A stretch of 59,341 nt of DNA from a virus. Taxonomy: Duplodnaviria > Caudoviricetes. Of the stretch, positions 37,841 to 46,328 are shown piece after piece (positions within the stretch are counted from its first letter, which is position 1; each line of letters begins with the position of its first letter). Below the pieces are notes generated by a model. That model made no database searches, was not told where the DNA came from, and was given only the letters and a program-made list of their open reading frames with translations. The position numbers were made by a program, and so were the translations under genes. Location: positions 1 through 59,341 of IMG/VR virus record IMGVR_UViG_3300043429_000266, one strand, 5' to 3'.

Positions 37841-39455
37841 GTAGTTCCTCGCGTAGCGCATTCACCAGACTGGAAATTTTAGCTGGATTGTATTCAACCA
37901 GTCCGCCTTCAGCGTAACCTGATTCTGGTTCTGGCGTTTCATGCTGGCCGGACATGACGTTCCCGATGATGTAGTCGACCTCAAGCGGGCTGAACTCGGC
38001 AGCGGGTAGCGGGGGCTCGACTAGGCCGCCCTCAGCCTTTTTGACTTTAGGTTCTTTCAAAGTAGGAACCTCTCCGGATATACCGTAACGCACGGCTGAC
38101 GGATCTTTTATCAACAGGTTGTGCGATATCAAATCATCTTTGCTGATGTCAAGACCGTAAAGGCGGGACAGCTCGTCAGTGGAACCGGCTCCCGAGTCAA
38201 GGATGTTCTTAACCAAAATGCTCTTAACTTCTGGGTCTCGCAGAGCATCTCTGAAGTCATCTCTGAGGGTGTAGTTACCGCTCTGAGAAATTCGACCTGT
38301 TTGTGGGAAGTACTTGTCCCAACGCAACCCGCCCGCATCAAGTACGAGGCTCGGCTTCTCAACCAACTCAAGAGGAACCATGACTGAGTTAGGGGTCATA
38401 GAGTAAGAAGCTGCTGTCAGAGGGTTTGAAGCCGCCCAAGCATTAGAACGGCGCATGTTCTTTTGGTCGGACAACGCACCGGAAGGGCGCTCAGCAGCCA
38501 CCAAAGATTTAATCTCAGACATCGGCTCGCGAGAGTTGAGGTATTGCTTGGTGAGTTCGTCAAAGTCTTTGGGAGAGCCTTCACCCCCTTTAACCATCGC
38601 AGCCATACCTCGGTAGAAGCGAGTCGGGAGTTCTTTGTCGTCCTCCAACCAATGCTTGCCTTCCGCTTTGAGAGCCCTCAGCTTCAAAATCTGGTCACGA
38701 GCTTCCTCTAACGCAGTCTTGATGAGGCCGCCTTTACCGTAGGCATTGACCTCACCGCCCTCGGCAAACTGCTTACCTAGGCGGTCTTTAACCCCTTCGG
38801 TGTCGTAAATTGAGAACCAGCGACCGCCGTCTTGCCCAGGATACTCCACACCTTTGTAACCAGACTTGAGAACCGCATCGGGTATCATACTTTGGGGTAA
38901 GCCGCGCAGAGTCTGGTAAACCTGCTCACCCGTGACTTCGCCTTCAGGCAACGGGTTGCGACCGCGCATTTTACGTAAAGCATCAAATGCTTCAGGCGGG
39001 TAGGTGGCTTCTAGTTGAATGTATTTGTCCGCAGGTACTGCAGTTTCGTAAACCACAGGAGCCTCGCTACCTTGCTTCATAGCCCATTTGGAAGGGTACG
39101 CAGGATCGGTGGACACGTTCAAACCCTTACCCATGATGCTACGCTCAGATGCTTTTGAAACATCGTAAGCGCCTTCAACGGGTCGACGCGCGCCGTGAAA
39201 TGCTTTAAGCAGTCGGTTGAGCGCGCCAGCCTCTGCGTCGGTAGAGAGGCCTCCAGCAACCAAGCCTACGCCCAGTTTCCGCATCACACCGCCGTAAGGC
39301 ACAGCCATCAACCCAACGTCCACTAAATCTTGCGGAGCCAGCGCTTTCGCTACCTCAGCAGGAAAGTTGGCAGAGGCAATGCGGTCGTTGTGAGCCTCAG
39401 GACGGCGACCCGCCGAGCGGTAGCCTACGTAGGGTTGGTTGTCTTTGTCAGCCAT
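37833..39455 (-). CDS. Multidomain protein with two ADP-ribosyltransferase-like domains and AEGG repeats
   Basis: FHG...GLNVSTDP..A...GYKGV and FYRG...AASNPLTAASY...NILD...KDPSAVR patterns. Confidence 0.55.
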   Translation of the reverse strand: MADKDNQPYVGYRSAGRRPEAHNDRIASANFPAEVAKALAPQDLVDVGLMAVPYGGVMRKLGVGLVAGGLSTDAEAGALNRLLKAFHGARRPVEGAYDVSKASERSIMGKGLNVSTDPAYPSKWAMKQGSEAPVVYETAVPADKYIQLEATYPPEAFDALRKMRGRNPLPEGEVTGEQVYQTLRGLPQSMIPDAVLKSGYKGVEYPGQDGGRWFSIYDTEGVKDRLGKQFAEGGEVNAYGKGGLIKTALEEARDQILKLRALKAEGKHWLEDDKELPTRFYRGMAAMVKGGEGSPKDFDELTKQYLNSREPMSEIKSLVAAERPSGALSDQKNMRRSNAWAASNPLTAASYSMTPNSVMVPLELVEKPSLVLDAGGLRWDKYFPQTGRISQSGNYTLRDDFRDALRDPEVKSILVKNILDSGAGSTDELSRLYGLDISKDDLISHNLLIKDPSAVRYGISGEVPTLKEPKVKKAEGGLVEPPLPAAEFSPLEVDYIIGNVMSGQHETPEPESGYAEGGLVEYNPAKISSLVNALREELHA

Positions 39456-39461
39456 ATCGGT

Positions 39462-39740
39462 TTACCACTTGGTCTTGTTTGCCCAATAGGCCGCGCTGCT
39501 CGGGCCTTTGGCGATGTTCTTTGCGTGACGGGCTTTGAACGAGTCACGCTTGTCGGTCATGGTTGAGGACTCACCGGCCTTAGGCTTGCCTGCCGTCTTA
39601 GCCCCTTGCTCACCGAAGCGAATGATCTTCTCTTTGCCGTCGTAGCATGCCTTCACGATGTGCGACTTCTCAGGATGGCTCGGAGTGCGTTGGGGCTTGT
39701 TGCAGGCCATATCGGCCTTGCTCACGGGCTTGGTGCTCAT
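39462..39740 (-). CDS. Basic phage hypothetical protein
   Basis: KIIRFGEQG...SFKARH...SAAYWANKTKW. Confidence 0.75.
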   Translation of the reverse strand: MSTKPVSKADMACNKPQRTPSHPEKSHIVKACYDGKEKIIRFGEQGAKTAGKPKAGESSTMTDKRDSFKARHAKNIAKGPSSAAYWANKTKW

Positions 39741-39910
39741 TTGGACTTCCTTGCGGCGCGCATGTTGTCAACGAGGTTGGGGTACGGGCGACCGGCCTTC
39801 TCAGCTGCGGCCTTAGCGGAGCCCTTGGCGCTCGGGCTCAGGGTCTTGGAGCTGCCCAATGAGGCAGGGCGCTTCTTGTCCCAGACGGGCTTGGCGGGTT
39901 TAGCAGGCAT
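39737..39910 (-). CDS. 57-aa basic protein (not in the ORF track)
   Basis: MPAKPAKPVWDKKRP...GRPYPNLVDNMRAARKSK; overlaps both neighbours. Confidence 0.65.
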   Translation of the reverse strand: MPAKPAKPVWDKKRPASLGSSKTLSPSAKGSAKAAAEKAGRPYPNLVDNMRAARKSK

Positions 39911-40421
39911 AGGTTTTACCCTTCTTTGCTTTTGAAATGTTGGCGCACCACTCGGCGCTACGAGGAACGGCCTTAACGGTGGCGCGTATCTTCTGCTTTT
40001 GCTCTTCGCTCATCGTCTTACCCTTGCGAGCCTCGGACAACTTACGCTTGTGTTCTTCAGTGAACGTGCGGCCTTTCTGGGCAGCAGACACTCGCTGTTT
40101 GGTTTCTGCGGTATGAGCGTAGCCGTTAGTGCCGTCACCACCTGCGGTCAAGTTGTAACCGGCGGGAGCCATAGTGTCGTAAGCGGCTATCGCTTTGACC
40201 TCAAGGTCTTTGACGTAATCGAACGTAGACGTGACCAACACTTCCTTCTTGAAGTTGTCAAATCCGTATTTGCGTATCGCTGAATGTAAAACACAACGAG
40301 AGCCGTTGCGCGCAGACTGAACGTGCTCTTGCCAACGCTTGTGGGTGTTTTTGGCGATACCGATATACACCCGTCCAGAGGGCGAGGTGAGCCGGTAAAG
40401 GTGAGCTGTGTCAGGCTGCAT
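39900..40421 (-). mobile_element. Free-standing GIY-YIG homing endonuclease with NUMOD3 repeats
   Basis: HLYRL...VYIG, RW..H, AIRKYG, GYNLTAGGDG; HTAETKQRVS / EEHKRKLS repeats; start at ATG 40421. Confidence 0.88.
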
Positions 40422-41982
40422 ACGGGTTGATTCGTTCTTTCTTTGGTCGGTACTCAGCGTCGATGTCTTTAGCCTTCGGAAGCTCAAACCAGCCCTCATT
40501 CTTCAAGAAGATGATGACTTGAGTCAGAGTGTCAACGTAGTCGTCATGCTCTGCCACAGGGAACTTGGTCAACTGCTTTACGAAGGGTTGAGCCCAGCTC
40601 ACAAAATGGCCAGGATTCTTGGCTGACTCGGGGATCCAAATCAATCCGAGTTCCAAGGTCGGGGCCGCCTGATGAGCGCGGGCAATCTTGTCTGCGTTTC
40701 CAGGATTGTACCCCACCGCTGGCACATTCGCCAAGCGCAAGTCCTGCAGCAATGATTGACCGCTGGCTTTTGCTTCAACGAGGACACGGTCGGGGCGGCG
40801 GGCCTTAGACCATGCATGCTTCTTGTCCACGCCGCCGTACTCGCTCGCCCACTCGCTGATAGCGCGCTTGCGTAGCTCGGGATAGCTCAGGTGTTCGTCC
40901 CATGCGTCGAGCAGCATCAGGTTCCGCTTACCCTTGTGCGTGAATACGCCATAGGCCGTGAATGCTGTGGGGTCGTTCTGGGTCTTCTCGCTGAAGGCGC
41001 AGTCGTAGGACTGGATGACGTACTCAAACTGCGGCAGGCCGTTGGCGACCGGCCACAGGCCGAAGCACTTGGTGTTCAGGATACCACCCTCGGTCGGCGT
41101 GGGGTCTTGTTGCAGCTGGCCGCTTGAGCCGTAAGCGCCTAGGAGCTGCTTCAGCTTGGTGATCTCCTCCGGCCCGAAGCGTTCAGGGCAGATGAGTTCG
41201 CCCACGACCTTGCGCGGGTCGTAGGTGCCCATGCTGGTCTTGCGGGTCACGCCGTCCCACTCAGCAGGGATGCAGATGTGCTCCCATCCGCCGATGTCGT
41301 GCAGGATGTGCCCGCTCACGTCTTTCTCGTGTAGGCGCTGCATGACCGTCACCATCGCATCGGTCTTGGGATTGTTCAAACGGGTTGACCATACCATGTC
41401 AAACCACTCAAGGTCGGACTCACGCACTGCGTCTGACTGCGCGGCCTGAGCGCCATGCGGGTCGTCAAGGATGAGGCGCGAGCCGCCTTCACCCGTGGCC
41501 GTACCACCCACTGACGTGGCGAGCCGGTAGCCCGTCTTGTCGTTCTCAAAGCGTTGCTTGGCGTTCTGGTCACCAGCGAAGGCAAACATGTGTCCCCAAC
41601 GCTCTTGATACCACGGGGACTGAATGAGTCGTCGGGTCTTCAAGTTGTCGCGGGTGCTTAGGACGCCGGAGTACGAGGCACACAGGAACTTCTCCTCCGG
41701 CTTCGCTATCCACTCCCACGCAGGCCACATCACCGATACGATTGTCGACTTTGAGTGCCGTGGCGGGATGTTGATGAGCAGACGGGTTATCTCCCCCGCG
41801 CTCACGGCCTCAAGGTGCTCGCAGATCTGCTCAATGTGCCAGCTACCGATGAACGGGATTCCTGGCTCAACCACGTGCCAGCTTTGCTTGACGAACTCGT
41901 ACAGACTAGCGCCAGCCCTGCGGCGGAGCTGCTCCTTCTCGATCATCTCGAGCATGACTACGGGGCTGAGGGGTGCGTTCAT
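40411..41982 (-). CDS. terL: Terminase large subunit
   Basis: INIPPRHSKS, LILDDPH, MQRLHEKD; nuclease motifs SYDCA and HDDYVD. Confidence 0.95.
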   Translation of the reverse strand: MNAPLSPVVMLEMIEKEQLRRRAGASLYEFVKQSWHVVEPGIPFIGSWHIEQICEHLEAVSAGEITRLLINIPPRHSKSTIVSVMWPAWEWIAKPEEKFLCASYSGVLSTRDNLKTRRLIQSPWYQERWGHMFAFAGDQNAKQRFENDKTGYRLATSVGGTATGEGGSRLILDDPHGAQAAQSDAVRESDLEWFDMVWSTRLNNPKTDAMVTVMQRLHEKDVSGHILHDIGGWEHICIPAEWDGVTRKTSMGTYDPRKVVGELICPERFGPEEITKLKQLLGAYGSSGQLQQDPTPTEGGILNTKCFGLWPVANGLPQFEYVIQSYDCAFSEKTQNDPTAFTAYGVFTHKGKRNLMLLDAWDEHLSYPELRKRAISEWASEYGGVDKKHAWSKARRPDRVLVEAKASGQSLLQDLRLANVPAVGYNPGNADKIARAHQAAPTLELGLIWIPESAKNPGHFVSWAQPFVKQLTKFPVAEHDDYVDTLTQVIIFLKNEGWFELPKAKDIDAEYRPKKERINPYAA

Positions 41983-42314
41983 GCGGGCTCGTAGGTTTGT
42001 TCAAAGATGTCAGGCTTGCAGGGGTAACGCTCGCCCTTCACGCCGGTAATGATCCAGTCTCCTGGACACACGATGTGGCCGCCCTCAAGCGTGTCGATCC
42101 AACCATGGTTGTGCATGACGTTCCCGCACTGTTCGCAAACCCGCTCACCGGCGTAGGCTTTGTCAGGGCGGCGGAAGTAGCGCACCACACTACCTTCTTT
42201 TGGGAACGGGTCACCGGCTTCGTTCACGAATGTGAGAGGGCCGTCTTCAGGATGATCGCCGTTCTTGAACCATTGCGTGGCCTCGACGACCACAGGTTTC
42301 TTGCGGAACTTCAT
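41979..42314 (-). CDS. PGDYG-like phage protein
   Basis: KFRKKPVVVEA...TLEG...PGDWII.GVKGE.YPCKPDIFE.TYE. Confidence 0.75.
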   Translation of the reverse strand: MKFRKKPVVVEATQWFKNGDHPEDGPLTFVNEAGDPFPKEGSVVRYFRRPDKAYAGERVCEQCGNVMHNHGWIDTLEGGHIVCPGDWIITGVKGERYPCKPDIFEQTYEPA

Positions 42315-42324
42315 ACGTAACTCC

Positions 42325-43110
42325 TCATTGAAACATCTTACTCTTCATGTCCGGCGGCAGGCGCGGAGTGGCCTTACCCCCGCTCACGCCCTCAAGCGCG
42401 ATGCGTGCGAGGACTGCGGTCTGAGCAGCCTCAAGCGTGGTGTAGCGTACCTTGGTGGTGTCTACCTTGTAGGTGTCATCGGCGGTGCTGTGCCGTATCT
42501 CATCCTGCACCGAGCCGTCATCACCCTCAAGGAGCCAGAGCCCCATCTTACGGTTAAGCCACTTCATGTTTTCTCCTTGTGCGGATTGAGGCCGCAGCAG
42601 TTAAGATGCCTAGTCCCTCGATACCGGCCTGCTCACACTTCAAAGCACACGCCTCATTCTCCTCATCGAGCAGCATCTGAGCGAACGCGATCAGCTTGTG
42701 GATTGGCACCTGAGTGCCTGACGTACCCATGATGCCGGAGTACACCGCCGCTCGGCGAATCTGTTCTTGGTCGATCATGCTTCACCTCGTGCTCGGATTT
42801 GATCGCGGAGGTCAATGCAAGCCGCCCATGCCGCTTGAAATGACGGGGTTGGCTCAAACGCCCCGTAAACATCAGCGTGCTTCTTGCACATCTCAGCACA
42901 CGCCTCACGCTCGGCCAACCGTCCCGCTTCAATTCCCTCTTGGTACGACATAAAGCTGCTCGGGTCAATGTTCATCAGCGTGTGGGCTGCTACCAACTCT
43001 ATCAACTTCTGAACCTCAAGCGTTAAGCACTCAACAACCTCACCACCCACAAAGCGCGAGCCAGTAGGAATGCCCGCCTTCTTGGCCAGCTCAATCATGT
43101 CTTGCGTCAT
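42325..43110 (-). CDS. Three small hypothetical ORFs (42325-42567, 42554-42778, 42775-43110)
   Basis: Coupled ORFs; two carry ENEACA/EREACA motifs common in phage accessory genes. Confidence 0.6.
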
Positions 43111-43709
43111 TTCGCCTCTCCCGCCTTGCTCATCAGCTTCTGCATCTGCGCCAGCTCATCGTCACTGAGCCCCTTCAGGTTGACGGCAGCCATCTGAATC
43201 GGGCCACCATCAGCGCCGGTGTGTTCCTGCGTCACCTTGTCGCCGTACACCTTGGGCAGCATCTTACTCAGAACCCACTTCTTGGTGTCGATCTGCAACC
43301 GGCGTAGCGCCACCACGTCAGGGCTCAGGGTGACCAGCGCCTTCTCCAGCAGGGGCTCACCGGCCACGTCATACATCAGGTTGCCAGTGGCGTCACGCTT
43401 GTGCACCATGACCACTTCATGGGTGCGGTGCGCGAGTTCGTTGATTTCCTCGGCGAGCAGGGCGTACCCCCTCGCGCGCGCATGCGTGTACTGCTCCTTG
43501 AGGGAGGGGTCTCTCTCCACCCAGCCCAGGAACGTACTAGCCGAGGGCGCACCCCGCACGGCCTCGCATGCTTGGTACAGCGACAGCCCGCGCTCAAGCT
43601 CGGAGCACACCAGAGCCGACAGAGACTCCTTTGTGGCCTGAGGCACAATTGTGCGGGTCTTTTTGACAGCGGGCTTGACAGCCAGCTTCGTTTTTGTTTC
43701 TTTGGTCAT
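43107..43709 (-). CDS. terS: Terminase small subunit (Sf6 gp1-like)
   Basis: HTH region GLSLYQAC..PSASTFLGW, Y..AR, LQIDTKKWVLSKMLPKVYGDK. Confidence 0.88.
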   Translation of the reverse strand: MTKETKTKLAVKPAVKKTRTIVPQATKESLSALVCSELERGLSLYQACEAVRGAPSASTFLGWVERDPSLKEQYTHARARGYALLAEEINELAHRTHEVVMVHKRDATGNLMYDVAGEPLLEKALVTLSPDVVALRRLQIDTKKWVLSKMLPKVYGDKVTQEHTGADGGPIQMAAVNLKGLSDDELAQMQKLMSKAGEAK

Positions 43710-43745
43710 GCTGAGAATTTTACACCTGTTTTTGAATTCTTGAGG

Positions 43746-44007
43746 TTAATCGTTCGGCTCTTCGAGAGGGGTAACCGAACGAACGATTAAAACCTAATAA
43801 CCGTGAGGGTTCTGAAGGGGGTTGAAAAGTGACCGAACGATTAACCGAACGATTACCCGTTTGAACCATTCAGATCGACTACGGAGAGAGGCTGAAGCGC
43901 CCTCTCCTCCGTCCATCGAATCGTTTTTGGGTATGGCAAAAAGCCAATCGTTCGTTCGGCCTGATCGTTCGAACCATTACCCGAACCATTACCCACACGA
44001 TTAAAAC
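43746..44007. repeat. Cluster of direct and inverted CGAAC(G/C)ATT repeats (candidate origin or pac region)
   Basis: ACCGAACGATTA x2 (43832-43855), GAACCATTACCC x2 (43971-43994), inverted copies at 43746 and 43946. Confidence 0.75.
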
Positions 44008-44008
44008 T

Positions 44009-46328
44009 TTAGTGGCCACCCCCTAAGCCTGACTGACTGGTTTTCATCTTTTCAAAGCTCTCCACCAGTTGACGCAACTGGCTCAAGGTGTACTCCCCCT
44101 CAGGCAACCAGACCCATGGTTCAGGGTTGGGGTCACGTTGGTGCTTCTGAGCACGAGAGATGGCCTCGAATGCCTCATCTTCATCTGTGGGTGGCAAGGG
44201 TGTATTGTTCATGTTCAGGCTCCTGGCAGGTCATGCGCTTCAATTGCATCGGCGCGGCCTTTTTCGTATTCTTCTTTGAGTCGACCGGCAAACACAGTCG
44301 CGACCCAATCTACAAAGATCTGAGCTGATTCTTCGGCCTCGCCGGTGAAGCACATCTTTGAGCCGTTAAAGTCAAACCCCCCGACCTGCTTCCCCTCTCG
44401 GTTGTTAAAGCTGAGAAGGTAGTTGGGCTTAGGTGCTGTTATGCCCACATTGCCGGTGTGGCTAATGATGTTGTCGTCGTATTCTTTCATTTCATTTTCT
44501 CCTAGTTAAAGCTGCGCGGTCAAGGTTGCGGATTGTTTGTTCAAGCTGCCGGATGCGCGCTTCCAGCTCGCTTATCTGAGTCGCTTGGGCTTTGATTATT
44601 GCCTCCGGACTGCGGTGCGGAACCGTGAGGCCGATGGGTTTCCTGTTGTTCATGTTTCACCTTCTTACCCCAGATGAGGTCGTAGTTGGAGCTGAAGCTC
44701 TCGTAGTTGGTAGGACGGCGTCCGTCGCCTTTGCCGGCTTCACGTGCCATTGTTCATCTCCTTGAGTTTATCTTGAATAGCTTCCAAACTGGACGCCGCA
44801 ATTCTGTGAAATCCGATAGGTGTTTCCGGATACCAATGCAGCACCCAGACGCTGTCTTCGGCTACGGCTTTTGTGTATTCCTCTTGGGAAATGAAGTCGC
44901 GAAAATCGTAGAACTCTTCAACAGCCTCATAAACGTCACGGTGCTCGTTGTGGCTCAAGTGTAAACCGCACTTGTGTTCGGGTAACCAGTTCATTTTTGC
45001 TTCTCCTTGAGGGCTTTGATTTGATCGTCCCAGCGTAGCGAGGTCTTGCCGCCCCATGCCTCTAACTTTTGGGCTAGGAAGTTTGCGTTGCCTTTGAACA
45101 ACCGCGCGTTCATAGCCATAGCGGCTACGACCTCCATGTCCGCCGCCCGAGCGTGAGCCTGACGTGCGTTGTGCTCAACCCCGCCTAGCGCAGAGTTGAT
45201 AATGCTGCGCATCATCTCTGGGTCTTGGCTCCGTTGGGCAACTTCCCGCAGGAACTTGATGTCGTCTTCGGTCATTTCGGCTCCCGTGGTAACTTAGGCA
45301 GCGGTGCCCAGTGTGTGTAGAATGTCTCTTTGCCTTGGTACGTGCCGTACATAGCCACCCCGCCTTGGCCTAGCAGCTGAACCTTAGCCCCACGGGGGCA
45401 GGTGCTGATGGGCTGCCAGAAGTAGTTATGGTCTACCGCCGCCGCTCCTGTGCTGTCAAGCTGGGTGGTCATTTCTCGCTCCTAGCTGCCGCAAAAATAG
45501 TGTGGCCGCAACGGGCGCAGCACCACCAGTAGTCCTTCGGGTTGCGGTACTTGATGCCGAACAGGGTCGGCTCGTAACGATGTTTGCAGGTCATGTCTTA
45601 CTCCTTGTTTATTCCGTATATCCATCGCTCTGGCGGGTAGGCGCATCCACCTAAGAACGCTGCAGCAAGCACCCACCAACCCGAGTAACCAAGTTCGAAC
45701 ACGGCGTAGCCGATGCCACCGAAGATCATACCTTCCCACAGGATGATGTAGATCAGGTACGTGATCTCTCTCATGCGTTCTTCTCCTTGAGATACGCTTC
45801 AATTGCTCTGCTATACCGCTCTATTCCACCAGAACTATCGCCATTAGATGACCTCCAAAGTTCAAGCATCTTTGTGGAATCTAACCCAACCCATGTGCGT
45901 TGTTGTGGTGTGGTGTTCAGCATGGCAATCACAAAATCCACTGCCGCCTGCTCATTTGGGCCAAGTAATTTTTCCTCGCGCTTGAATCTCTCCATGAAAT
46001 ACATTGCGCGGTGCGCCGTCATATTCGCCACAGGCTCACCCTGCTCTTGCTTGGCTCCAGATTCGCAAACGCATACACCACGCCATTCACCAGTCTGGTC
46101 GTGAACATCACCAGTGCCATCGCAGTATTCACATCGCTGCTCTTGCTTGGGTAACTGCGACTTCATCTTGCGAATCCAATCTTGGATGGGCCGCTCTTCA
46201 CGGCATTGGTCAAAGTGCTGTTGCGCCAGCCAGTCTAGTGTTTGTTCCGGTGTCATTTGTTCAAGTCTACGGCTACCGTCAGTCACGCCGGTTGCCACTT
46301 GCTTTTGTTGTTCTTGCCAGTTACTCAT
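44009..46328 (-). CDS. Array of small accessory ORFs (44009-44212, 44215-44490, 44541-44750, 44740-44994, 44991-45275, 45272-45472, 45771-46328 and others)
   Basis: Tightly coupled short ORFs with RBSs; functions not recognisable. Confidence 0.55.

Noticed and set aside
35483-37882. Long + strand ORFs (426 and 308 aa) and similar antisense ORFs elsewhere
   Set aside because: They are shadows of well-supported genes on the opposite strand in GC-rich DNA, with no recognisable motifs.
39900-40421. Group I intron in terL
   Set aside because: terL is intact and the endonuclease overlaps both neighbours, leaving no room for intron core elements.
43746-44007. Repeats as a mini-CRISPR array, or ORF 43822-44004 as a gene
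   Set aside because: The units are about 12 bp, in mixed orientation and without regular spacers. The ORF is antisense to its neighbours and merely translates the repeats.
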